Part shown: one piece after another, positions 47,261-56,387 of the stretch | How the letters are laid out: every line of letters starts with the position of its first letter | Position numbering within the stretch: position 1 is the first letter of the stretch | Origin: an uncultured Bacteroidales bacterium | Lineage (GTDB): Bacteria; Bacteroidota; Bacteroidia; Bacteroidales; VadinHA17 | DNA: 64,000 nt | Reading direction: 5' to 3' | Assembly (NCBI GenBank): GCA_963760915.1 | Contig: CAVXEU010000003.1 | Span: forward strand, 631,792 to 695,791 | Notes under the pieces: model-generated | Told to the model about the DNA's origin: nothing | What the model saw: only the letters and a program-made list of their open reading frames with translations | Database searches by the model: none | Made by a program: the position numbers and the translations under genes

Positions 47261-48880
47261 TTATTCCACAAACAATTGTACAGGCTTGAATTTATTGACA
47301 TCAAACAAACCACGATCACCAATTTTCAGGGAAGGAATGACAAGCAAGGCCATAAAGGATAATGTCATAAAGGGTGCTTTCATATTACATCCCAAAGATT
47401 TGACAAATCCATTAAGTTGCTCATAATCATCTGCTACCTCAGGGCAGGAACGGGTGGTCATGATCCCTCCTATATTCAGACGAAGTGATTCGTGCATTTC
47501 ATCCGAACAGACTGCGAGTCCTCCCTGCATCCTGACAATTTCATTAATGGCATTTGTTATGTCCTTATCATTGGTACCAATGGCAATAATATTATGACTG
47601 TCGTGGGCAACAGAACTCGCAAATGCTCCCTTCTTTAAATCAAATCCCCTGATAAATCCTATAGCCGGAGCAAAATCATGGTATCTTTCCTTGACAACAA
47701 TTTTAAGCATGTCAGTATTTATGTCAGTCTCCACATATTCCTTTGAACCGGAAGATCCGATAATTTCCCCTGTTAAAAGTTCCCCTTCAAATGCCTCTAT
47801 AATTCTAATGCCGGCATGTTTATTTTTAACCGCTATATCCTTTACTTTAATAGTCGTGCAATTAAAATTGTTTACAGGATTCCCTGGCTCATATGTAAAG
47901 TTTACATGCCCATCATCATAAACTTTTACACCTCTAATCCATGTTTCCAGCACATTCATCCCGGTAAGATTATCCACTAAAATAAAATCTGCACTATCTC
48001 CTTTTCTTAATAGGCCTGATTCAAGTTTGTAATGAATTACAGGATTAATGGTTGCGCTTCTGATAACATCAAATTTGTCAAATCCCTCGGAAATAAGGGT
48101 TGCAATTAATTTATTGATATGTCTTATAAGCAACATTTCCGGATGCAGATCATCGCTGCATAGCATAACCATTCCCGGATTTGATTTATACAACTCCTTC
48201 AGAGCATCAAGATTCCTTGCAGCACTTCCTTCTCTTATCAGAATCTTCATGCCCAAAGAGATTTTTTCCTCCGCTTCTTTCAGAGTGCTGCATTCGTGGT
48301 CGGTTGATATTCCTGCAGAAATGTACTTTCTCAGCATTTCACCAGTTAAGCCCGGGGCATGGCCGTCAATTGGTTTTCCTGTTTCCTTTGCTGCTTCAAG
48401 TTTGAGATACACCTCCGCATCATCATTAATTACTGCAGGGTAATTCATCATCTCGGACAAATAATTTATTTCAGGTCTTCTGAGAAGGGCTCTGACATCA
48501 TCATGATTAAGTGAACCACCATTACTCTCAAAACCTGTCGCCGGGACACATGATGGAGCCCCAAAATAAAATCTTAGCGGAACTTTTGAGGCATCGTTCA
48601 GCATAAATTCTACTCCCGGCACGCCCAGAACATTTGCTATCTCATGCGGATCAGAAACAACTGCGGTTGTTCCATGGCTTACTGCTGTTAAGGTAAAAGC
48701 ACCAGGGGTGATCATTGAGCTTTCAATATGTATATGGGCATCAATCAGCCCTGGCAGAATGAAAACATCAGGCGCCTCTTCAACTAATTCAATGTCCTCA
48801 ATCTTGCCATTGATAACAGTAATCATAACCGGATAGATATCCTTTTTATGAATATCTACCAGTTGTCCATACACTTTCAT
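47261..48880 (-). CDS. ade: adenine deaminase
   Basis: 539-aa amidohydrolase with the metal motif GLIDAHIHIESSM and later DGHAP and SDDLHP-type motifs. Confidence 0.85.
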   Translation of the reverse strand: MKVYGQLVDIHKKDIYPVMITVINGKIEDIELVEEAPDVFILPGLIDAHIHIESSMITPGAFTLTAVSHGTTAVVSDPHEIANVLGVPGVEFMLNDASKVPLRFYFGAPSCVPATGFESNGGSLNHDDVRALLRRPEINYLSEMMNYPAVINDDAEVYLKLEAAKETGKPIDGHAPGLTGEMLRKYISAGISTDHECSTLKEAEEKISLGMKILIREGSAARNLDALKELYKSNPGMVMLCSDDLHPEMLLIRHINKLIATLISEGFDKFDVIRSATINPVIHYKLESGLLRKGDSADFILVDNLTGMNVLETWIRGVKVYDDGHVNFTYEPGNPVNNFNCTTIKVKDIAVKNKHAGIRIIEAFEGELLTGEIIGSSGSKEYVETDINTDMLKIVVKERYHDFAPAIGFIRGFDLKKGAFASSVAHDSHNIIAIGTNDKDITNAINEIVRMQGGLAVCSDEMHESLRLNIGGIMTTRSCPEVADDYEQLNGFVKSLGCNMKAPFMTLSFMALLVIPSLKIGDRGLFDVNKFKPVQLFVE

Positions 48881-48909
48881 AAATAAATATTTTTGATTTT
48901 ATAAAATAT

Positions 48910-48925
48910 TGTTCCACGTGGAACA
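48910..48925. other. parS-like perfect 16-bp palindrome TGTTCCACGTGGAACA
   Basis: Read directly. Both half-sites are TGTTCCAC. It lies in the 47-bp gap between the mnmG stop and the ade start. Confidence 0.5.
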
Positions 48926-48927
48926 TT

Positions 48928-50802
48928 TCATCGTCCGATATACATCAACAATATATTAACATCCGATGGGGAAACTCCACTTATTCTGCCTGCCTGCCCA
49001 ATATTCACAGGCTTAATACGATTCAGCTTCTGTCGGCCTTCGGTAGATATTGACACCAATTCACTATAATCGATATCCTCTGGGATTTTCAAACCCTCGA
49101 GTCGTTTAATTTTATCTGCAATTATTTTCTCTCTAATGATGTATCCTTCATATTTAATTTTGATCTCAGCCGATTCTGCAATCTCTTTAAATCTCGAAGA
49201 ATTTACTGCTTTAAGTTCATCGCCTCCCTTAATTACTTTTATTAATGCCCCGATTTCTACCTGGGGCCTTGCAGCAATTGTTATCGCCTTAACTTTTTGA
49301 ACGATTATATTAGTATCAATATTTTCAAGAAAGCTATTAATATCTTCCGGACCTACGCTGGTTTCTGTAAGGAATTTTATAATCTCGTTAACCATTGAAT
49401 CCTTTTCTTCAAGGCGTTTTACCCGTTCGATACCAGCTGTCCCGATTTCATAAGCTTTCCTTGTAAGTCTTTCATCGGCATTATCCTGCCGTAAAAGAAT
49501 TCTGTACTCTGCACGCGATGTAAACATTCTGTATGGTTCATCAACCCCCTTTGTTACGAGATCGTCAATAAGAACTCCTATATAAGATTCTTCCCTGCCC
49601 ATAATAAAAGGCTTTTTATTCCGCAACTTCAATACAGAATTAATTCCCGCCATCAAACCCTGGGCTGCCGCTTCTTCATATCCTGTAGTGCCATTTATCT
49701 GTCCGGCGAAATAAAGATTTTTAATAGCTTTTGTTTCCAACGTATGCTTCAATTGTGTAGGCTGAAAAAAATCATATTCTATTGCATATCCCGGACGGAA
49801 TATTTCAGCCTTTTCAAGACCCTTAACCTTTCTCAGGGCTTTTAATTGCACCTCCATAGGCAGACTGCTTGAAAAGCCATTTATATAATATTCAACCGTG
49901 TCAAGTCCTTCAGGTTCGATAAAAAGCTGATGAGCATTTCTTTCCTTAAATGTAACAATCTTGTCTTCAATACTCGGACAATAACGTGGACCCCTTCCTT
50001 TTATCCGTCCTGTAAAAAGAGGGCTGAATTCCAATCCTTTCCTCAACTCTTCATGAACGTCCTCATTTGTATGAGTAATAAAACAGCTTCTTTGTTCTTT
50101 AATTACTCCTTCCTCATTCATATATGAAAATGCCCGTCCTTCATCATCCCCCATTTGTTCCGTCATCGAAGAAAAGTCAATTGATCTGCCATCTATCCTT
50201 GCACTTGTTCCGGTCTTCATTCTATCAACTGTAAACCCAAGCTTTTCCAATTGCTCACTTAATCCGGTTGACTCCTGATCTCCGGATCTGCCTCCCTTAA
50301 TTTTATTGAATCCAATATGCATCAGACCATTTAAAAATGTTCCGTTCGTCAAAATCACAGCCTGTCCGTAGAACCTCGTACCAAAGGATGTTTCCACACC
50401 AACAACACTGTCTTCATCAAGTACCAGTGTTTTTGCCTGCTCCTGCCATATGAACAGGTTATCTGTGTTTTCCAGTACTTTTCGCCATTCTGTGGTAAAT
50501 TTCATTCTGTCACATTGAGCCCTTGGACTCCACATCGCTGGTCCCTTCGATCTATTCAACATCCTGAACTGGATCATACTTCTATCAGTAACAATTCCAC
50601 TCATTCCTCCCAGTGCATCGATTTCCCTTACTATCTGGCCTTTCGCAATTCCGCCCATAGCCGGATTACATGACATCTGAGCAAGCTTAGTCATATCCAT
50701 GGTAATAAGCAATGTCTTTGCCCCCATTACAGCAGCTGCATGTGCCGCCTCGCAACCAGCATGCCCTCCCCCGACAACAATAATATCATATCTAAAGTCC
50801 AT
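48928..50802 (-). CDS. mnmG: tRNA uridine-5-carboxymethylaminomethyl(34) synthesis enzyme MnmG (GidA)
   Basis: It has the FAD motif DIIVVGGGHAGCEAA. The internal Met at 50802 (MDFRYD...) is preferred over the track start at 50826. Confidence 0.95.
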   Translation of the reverse strand: MDFRYDIIVVGGGHAGCEAAHAAAVMGAKTLLITMDMTKLAQMSCNPAMGGIAKGQIVREIDALGGMSGIVTDRSMIQFRMLNRSKGPAMWSPRAQCDRMKFTTEWRKVLENTDNLFIWQEQAKTLVLDEDSVVGVETSFGTRFYGQAVILTNGTFLNGLMHIGFNKIKGGRSGDQESTGLSEQLEKLGFTVDRMKTGTSARIDGRSIDFSSMTEQMGDDEGRAFSYMNEEGVIKEQRSCFITHTNEDVHEELRKGLEFSPLFTGRIKGRGPRYCPSIEDKIVTFKERNAHQLFIEPEGLDTVEYYINGFSSSLPMEVQLKALRKVKGLEKAEIFRPGYAIEYDFFQPTQLKHTLETKAIKNLYFAGQINGTTGYEEAAAQGLMAGINSVLKLRNKKPFIMGREESYIGVLIDDLVTKGVDEPYRMFTSRAEYRILLRQDNADERLTRKAYEIGTAGIERVKRLEEKDSMVNEIIKFLTETSVGPEDINSFLENIDTNIIVQKVKAITIAARPQVEIGALIKVIKGGDELKAVNSSRFKEIAESAEIKIKYEGYIIREKIIADKIKRLEGLKIPEDIDYSELVSISTEGRQKLNRIKPVNIGQAGRISGVSPSDVNILLMYIGR

Positions 50803-51226
50803 GTTCTTTCTCCTTAAATAATCCAAGCCACAAATCTTCCAAATCTCTCATTTCATTCCTTTCCGCTTCAGTTCTGTCATCATATCCCAAAAGATGAAAA
50901 ACTCCATGAACAATAACTCTTACAACCTCATCTCTTAAACTAATATTATAGTTTAATGCATTTTCCTGTACCGTATCAATACTTATGTATATTTCCCCAT
51001 TAATAATATCCTCTGCATTGTAATCAAACGTAATAACATCTGTAAAATAATCATGTTCAAGAAACTGAACATTAATTTTCCTAAGGCTAATATCATTTGT
51101 GATTATACAATTAAGGTCACCCGTAATTTTTCCATTTTTCCGGATGACCTCATTAATAAGATTTTTTACATTTTTCCAGTGCTTCAGTCTGAAGTCTGTT
51201 TCATCATAAAATATTCTGATGCTCAA
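50792..51226 (-). CDS. ybeY: rRNA maturation RNase YbeY
   Basis: 144 aa with the zinc motif HGVFHLLGYDD. Confidence 0.9.
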   Translation of the reverse strand: MSIRIFYDETDFRLKHWKNVKNLINEVIRKNGKITGDLNCIITNDISLRKINVQFLEHDYFTDVITFDYNAEDIINGEIYISIDTVQENALNYNISLRDEVVRVIVHGVFHLLGYDDRTEAERNEMRDLEDLWLGLFKEKEHGL

Positions 51227-51657
51227 ATTACAATATTTTTAAATGTCATAGTAACAGCATTTCCTTTCTTGCTGTATTTAATTCCGTCTGCCAGACGTGA
51301 CATCAGATAAATTCCCCGCCCGTTTAATGCCTCAATATTGTCAGGCAGTGTCGGATCTGGTACCTCTTCAGGTCTGAAACCAATCCCTTCATCAGTAATT
51401 TTGATTTTTAGCTCATTACTCTTAAACCTTATATCAATATTGACAAATTTATCGGGATCAGACTTATTTCCATGCTGAATTGCATTGTTTACAGCTTCCA
51501 GGGTCGAAACAAGAATTTTGCCATAGTTTTCCTCCGAAATTTTTATTTCACTAGAAGCCTCATCAATTGCAGTCTCCACGACCCGCAGATTAATCATTCT
51601 TGATTCTATTTTAATCTTTTTATACATATTATCCCAGCTACGAACTTTTATACTCAA
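51223..51657 (-). CDS. RsbW/SpoIIAB-like HATPase (anti-sigma regulatory kinase family)
   Basis: 144 aa with an N-box (EAVNNAIQHG), a G1 box (DEGIGF) and NGRGIYLM. Confidence 0.7.
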   Translation of the reverse strand: MSIKVRSWDNMYKKIKIESRMINLRVVETAIDEASSEIKISEENYGKILVSTLEAVNNAIQHGNKSDPDKFVNIDIRFKSNELKIKITDEGIGFRPEEVPDPTLPDNIEALNGRGIYLMSRLADGIKYSKKGNAVTMTFKNIVI

Positions 51658-51685
51658 ATCTAAAGTATTTGTTACATAAACTTAC

Positions 51686-52873
51686 CTAATTTTTAGATAG
51701 CCATAATTCAGGGTCAAGATATTCCGTAGTAAATGTCGTAAATATCATAAATTTCAGGTTAGAATTATAATTATTTTCTGGATCTGTGTAAATATCTCCG
51801 ATTTCCTGTTTAGTTACGACCTTATCACCTTTTTTTACCTTAACATTTATAATATTTGTGTACACTGAAAGATATTTTCCATGGCGAATCATTATCGTCA
51901 TATTTGCACCATTTATAGCAAAAACCTGAGCAACTTCACCCTGAAAAACCGAACGTGCCTTCGCTTTTCCACTGCTTACAATTTCAATTCCAATATTATT
52001 TTCCGTTACATATTTCAATATTGGATTTTCATGGACACCAAAATGGCTTGTAATAATGCCTTTCTCAACAGGCCAGGGCAGGCGGCCCTTGTTTTCCACA
52101 AAATTATCTCCAATAAGCTTTTGTTCTGGTGTATTTTCAGATTTAACTGCTTTTTTTCTTTCTTCAGCTATAAGCCGGGTTATCTCTGATTCTATTTTCT
52201 TTGCAATTCTCTTCTTTTCATCCAAATCCTTTTGAAGCTGTTTTTGTTTGTTACTCAATGTCTTAACCATTCTTTGCTTTTTTGACTGCTCATTTTGTAA
52301 CATATTCTTTTGCTGTTCTTCCTTCGTCTTTAAATCTGAAACTCTTTCCAAATCAAGCTGAAGTTTTTCTTTTGAAGTTTCTATCTGGCTTTTCAATTCC
52401 AGAATAATTTCTGCTTCCCTTCTTCTGAATTTAGTAACCTGCTGCAAATATTTAAGCCGCTTATAACCCTGATTAAAATCTCTGGCTGATAGTATATAAA
52501 CCAGCTCTGGATAACCTTTTTGCGTTTTATAAGAATTAATTACAGCCCTTGAATAATCATTCTTAAGGCTTATTAAATCTCTTTCCATCATATCTATTGC
52601 AAGTGAGTTTAAATCTATTCTTTCAGAAAGAAGCTTTATTTCATCGCGCATATCAATAATAACAGATTCTCTCAGGTTCAATTTCTTTCCTATAATCCTG
52701 ATATCATTCAAGCTTTCATTTTTCTCTTTCGCAGTTGTTTTAAGAAGATTATCAACATAAGAAATTTCCTCCAATGTTTTAGCACGTTTTGCTTCAAGTT
52801 CAGCCTTTGTCTGAGCATTCAAACAGTTAATATAACTCATAAATACTATCGCAGACAGTACTAAATATTTCAT
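51686..52873 (-). CDS. EnvC-like murein hydrolase activator (coiled coil plus degenerate LytM/M23 domain)
   Basis: It has a signal peptide and about 230 aa of heptad-rich coiled coil. The C-terminal LytM fold lacks the HxxxD and HxH ligands (NNIGIEI and NLKFMIF occupy those positions). Confidence 0.75.
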   Translation of the reverse strand: MKYLVLSAIVFMSYINCLNAQTKAELEAKRAKTLEEISYVDNLLKTTAKEKNESLNDIRIIGKKLNLRESVIIDMRDEIKLLSERIDLNSLAIDMMERDLISLKNDYSRAVINSYKTQKGYPELVYILSARDFNQGYKRLKYLQQVTKFRRREAEIILELKSQIETSKEKLQLDLERVSDLKTKEEQQKNMLQNEQSKKQRMVKTLSNKQKQLQKDLDEKKRIAKKIESEITRLIAEERKKAVKSENTPEQKLIGDNFVENKGRLPWPVEKGIITSHFGVHENPILKYVTENNIGIEIVSSGKAKARSVFQGEVAQVFAINGANMTIMIRHGKYLSVYTNIINVKVKKGDKVVTKQEIGDIYTDPENNYNSNLKFMIFTTFTTEYLDPELWLSKN

Positions 52874-53631
52874 AAAAGTGGGATTATTTCATAATTCTTT
52901 CCCGGAATAAATTCTACATTTCCATTCCAGGGGTATTCTAATTTATCAATTTTCATATCAACTTCCGTCTTCATTCTTAAAGATTTCATATAAATCTTAC
53001 CGGGAATGATAAGACTATCTCTATTTATAAAGTTCTCATATCTGAATTCGAGTGCGGCATCACTTAAGCTACCCTCCTCCTTCGCGGAAACAGGTTTGCC
53101 ATTCTGGCAATTTATAGTATAGATAATTCTGATTCCGGCTTTAAAACTATTCATATTCAGATATCCATCAACGCATTTCCCAATGCCTTCAATTATATCA
53201 TCTGAAACAAAATCCCCGAATATCAAAGGCAAAACAGAAAAATTCATACCATATTTTCTTCCAATGAAATCAGGTTTCCCATAATATAACACCCTGTTGA
53301 TTCTGTCGTTAATCAGTAGTGTATCCGCTGTAATAAAAATTCTTGCAACCTCTATTCCTGTTTTACTCCTAAGGCTTATCAGAAATTTATCGGGTATTTC
53401 AAACTTAATACTTCCTAAAAGTTTCTGATCATTTTCATCGGATCGTATATAAATATCCGCTTTTTGAATAAAAAAGCTATTTTTCGTTAAGTTTCTTTCT
53501 TCAAGTTTATTCAGTTTGATTTCATTCTTTGCTTCCCCCCTGAACCCCGGAATGTTACTTCTTTCAATCTTAAACACCGAACAACCGGAACTTAAAATAA
53601 GAATTAACAATATAATATTCAGTTTTTGCAA
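52870..53631 (-). CDS. DUF4292-like lipoprotein
   Basis: It has a signal peptide with the lipobox LSSGC. Its position between the TPR protein and the LytM protein matches the conserved Bacteroidota arrangement. Confidence 0.5.
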   Translation of the reverse strand: MQKLNIILLILILSSGCSVFKIERSNIPGFRGEAKNEIKLNKLEERNLTKNSFFIQKADIYIRSDENDQKLLGSIKFEIPDKFLISLRSKTGIEVARIFITADTLLINDRINRVLYYGKPDFIGRKYGMNFSVLPLIFGDFVSDDIIEGIGKCVDGYLNMNSFKAGIRIIYTINCQNGKPVSAKEEGSLSDAALEFRYENFINRDSLIIPGKIYMKSLRMKTEVDMKIDKLEYPWNGNVEFIPGKNYEIIPLL

Positions 53632-55346
53632 TTATTTATCTCTTTAATCAATTCTGTTTTTGTGCTATCTAATTTCAATGCCATTTCCCAGTTTTCAATT
53701 GCTTTTTTACAATTATGCATTTTTTTCATAATATATCCGAAATGCTCATACCAAGTTGCATCAGGTATTTCACCCTTTTTAATAATCTCTTCAAAAATCT
53801 TTGCCGCCTCCTTTAGTTTGCCACGTTTGTACAGAACCCATCCGTAAGTATCGAGAAAAGTAGCATTGTTTTTTTCAGTATCAATTACCTTTTTTGCCAT
53901 TTCCTCAGCTTCTTTCAGATTTTCATTTTGTTCAGCAAGGTAATAGGCATAATTATTTATCAAAGTCAGATCATTTTTATCATATTTCAATGCTTCCTCG
54001 AAAGTCTGAAATGCTTTTTTATAATCCTTCATCCTGTAATATGTGTCAGCTCTCATAGTCAATACCTGAACTATTGAGTCCTTGTCGTTTCCTGCAAGTA
54101 TCTCAGCCTTTCTTAATTCATCAAGTGCAACTGTATATTTTCCGGTTTCCATGGCACCATTCGCATATAATATTTTTGCCACAAATGAGGTGTTAAAACG
54201 AGAAGCACATTCTTCGCCTCTGCTTGTTAATTTACTGTAATCCTTCATCTGAAGATAAACTAAAAGCAATTTTTCCCAGGCATAATAGTTTTCCGGAAAA
54301 GACTTTACAATTTCTTCAAGTCTTAATGCTGCACCCTGATAGTCATTTTCCTTAATGAATAGTTCAGGTCGAAGTAAAGGTATTATATAATCATTTTTAA
54401 AATTTGCTTCCAGCACCATAATAGACAGTAAGAGCTTGTCACTATAATCCTTAATAACCTCCGGAGTGTCAATTAAACGAGCTATTAATGAAATTTTTTC
54501 TTCCCGAGTTACTTTTTTGTTCAGAACAATAGTATTCAGCAATACAAACAATTCGTCAAAACTCTTATCCCTGATAAGAAAATCGCAGAGAGAAAGCTGG
54601 ATCTGCGGATCATCCGGATTTCTTCCGATAAGATCATCATACACATGTAATGCTTTTTCATTCTCTCCCATTCCCTGATAAATCTCAGCAAGTAGTCCGT
54701 TATAAAGAATTTCATCAGGGTTCTTTTTTAACAACATTTCAGCCTTAAGAAGAGCATCTTCATATTTCCCGGCTGCCATATAATTCTTTATTTCAGCAAC
54801 GGCAGAAGACTCATTTACTCCATATTTTTTATCAAGAGCTTCAAAAATTGCATTTGCTTTTTCATAATTTTTATTCTCTGAATAAAGACTTCCAAGAGTT
54901 AATTGAAGGTTTTCCTTCTCCGGATAATACTTTACAGCTTTCTCATAATAAATTAATGCACTGTCAAGGTCTTTTTCCTGATAATACAAACCTGCAAGCA
55001 TAGTAAGATACCATATATTCCTATCATCAATTGCAACTGCTTTGCTGATAAAGCGTTTCCCATTTTTGTAATCTCCGTTTGCAATTACAATTTGTGCCAT
55101 TTCATAATATGATGCATCACTTTCAGGATTTATTTTAACACATTGCTCAAGATATTTCAGAGCATCACCATCATTTCCCTCAAGCTTTTGCTTAAGTGCT
55201 TCAACATAAACATAATCGAATGCAGCAGCATCATATGTGTTCTTTTGTTTCACGCTTTGCAACGATGGAGTAATCTTCTTTGTACAGGAAGAACCACCTA
55301 ATAAAATAAAGCCAGAAAAAATTAAATAAAACCATTTTTTTTTCAT
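53619..55346 (-). CDS. tetratricopeptide repeat lipoprotein
   Basis: 575 aa with the lipobox GGSSC and many TPR-like A/Y/L-patterned 34-aa repeats. Confidence 0.8.
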   Translation of the reverse strand: MKKKWFYLIFSGFILLGGSSCTKKITPSLQSVKQKNTYDAAAFDYVYVEALKQKLEGNDGDALKYLEQCVKINPESDASYYEMAQIVIANGDYKNGKRFISKAVAIDDRNIWYLTMLAGLYYQEKDLDSALIYYEKAVKYYPEKENLQLTLGSLYSENKNYEKANAIFEALDKKYGVNESSAVAEIKNYMAAGKYEDALLKAEMLLKKNPDEILYNGLLAEIYQGMGENEKALHVYDDLIGRNPDDPQIQLSLCDFLIRDKSFDELFVLLNTIVLNKKVTREEKISLIARLIDTPEVIKDYSDKLLLSIMVLEANFKNDYIIPLLRPELFIKENDYQGAALRLEEIVKSFPENYYAWEKLLLVYLQMKDYSKLTSRGEECASRFNTSFVAKILYANGAMETGKYTVALDELRKAEILAGNDKDSIVQVLTMRADTYYRMKDYKKAFQTFEEALKYDKNDLTLINNYAYYLAEQNENLKEAEEMAKKVIDTEKNNATFLDTYGWVLYKRGKLKEAAKIFEEIIKKGEIPDATWYEHFGYIMKKMHNCKKAIENWEMALKLDSTKTELIKEINNCKN

Positions 55347-55413
55347 ATTCTCTCCTTTCCTGTGTGTCTGAATCCTCCCGCTGCCCGTTCCGATTCCAAC
55401 AGATTATCAACAT

Positions 55414-55776
55414 TTATCCACTCTGCCTATCATGTTTAGCAATTCTCATCTGACAGATTCTCTCTCCGTACTTAATAACGAAATCTTTCATACATAAGTT
55501 CACCAGAATTAAACAAATTCTCCCCTGTAATCTGAATCACCAGCACCATGATAAATAATTAAACACACATTTGTTAATTGCTGATCCACATCCATGTCTT
55601 ATCAGTTCTTCGCACCCATCAGAAATTTCGAGAAACAAACCGTTTTTCGCAATTGTCCTCTCCATTGCTTAAATAATTGCATCCTCAAAGTCAGCCTTTA
55701 TGTCCATTTCAGCTGATAACAGTGTGTAATAAGCAGATAATTTATGTTTCGATATATTAATTACTTTGATCTTCAT
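55414..55776 (-). pseudogene. dut: dUTP diphosphatase (dut) pseudogene
   Basis: Manual minus-strand translation from 55776 gives MKIKVINISKHKLSAYYTLLSAEMDIKADFEDAII*AMERTIAKNGLFLEISDGCEELIRHGCGSAINKCVFNYLSWCW*FRLQGRICLILVNLCMKDFVIKYGERICQMRIAKHDRQSG*. This is colinear with trimeric Dut. The stops are at 55669-55671 and 55537-55539. Motif 3 (GAGDSDYRGE) is readable only in the +1 frame, and motif 5 is absent. Confidence 0.75.
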
Positions 55777-55784
55777 GCATTCTA

Positions 55785-56168
55785 CCTTCCAGAATAAACT
55801 GTGAGAACTTTATCTTTACACTTTGAATATCCAATAAAAATAACAATAAAAACTGTGTTAATAATCAACTCCTGTACAAGGTTCTTTTATCTAAAGTACA
55901 GTCTGAAAATTACCATTCCGATAGCAATAATAAAATACTGTGGAGGTTTAATAACGTCATATTGAATTTTATAGTGCTTTTCCGCAAATATAAACGAAAC
56001 TATTAACATTTATCTGTAAGATACTATGTTTGCCCGGGCAGACGTCCTGAATCCCAATACCCGGATAAAAATAACATTAATCAACACTCTTATTACTTCT
56101 CCAGTAAAAGTTTTAGATGCTTCATACCTTCGAATATCATAATGCTTACAAAATATACTATGATTTAT
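55785..56168 (-). pseudogene. relic of an unidentified (hydrophobic, membrane-like) gene
   Basis: One minus-strand frame runs 128 codons with only two internal TAA codons (56010-56012 and 55887-55889) in very AT-rich DNA. There is no start codon. The hydrophobic stretches are VLINVIFIRVLGF, YFIIAIGMVIF and LIINTVFIVIFIGY. Confidence 0.3.
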
Positions 56169-56337
56169 TCAAATTCCGTAAATAACTGTCTGACCTGCAA
56201 GTTTACGGACCTCTCTCACATAAAATATTTAAGTGCAAATATATCGTTAAAGCCATAATACGTAAATCCGATGGTAAGATTTTTCGAAATTAACACAATT
56301 TGAAAACCAATATTTTCGTGTATCATCCAAAGTTAAA

Positions 56338-56345
56338 TATCTTTG
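56338..56345 (+). promoter_or_regulatory. candidate -7 box TAtcTTTG
   Basis: It matches TAnnTTTG. It overlaps the track TTG start at 56343, which argues for the downstream ATG at 56388 as the real start. Confidence 0.35.
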
Positions 56346-56387
56346 CAGTCACTTTTGCAGAACGTTATTAACCAAAATATGATTTTC

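Noticed and set aside
55231-55413. Track ORF 55231-55413(-), MLIICWNRNGQREDSDTQERREYEKK...
   Set aside because: It overlaps the start of the TPR gene and begins at the stop of the dut relic. It is most likely the degenerate tail of the dut pseudogene read in frame.
55414-56342. The same ORF-free gap, considered as oriC or an ncRNA locus.
   Set aside because: The near-DnaA boxes (TTATCCACT at about 55414 and TGATCCACA at about 55583) fall inside what translates convincingly as a dut relic. Gene decay explains the gap better.
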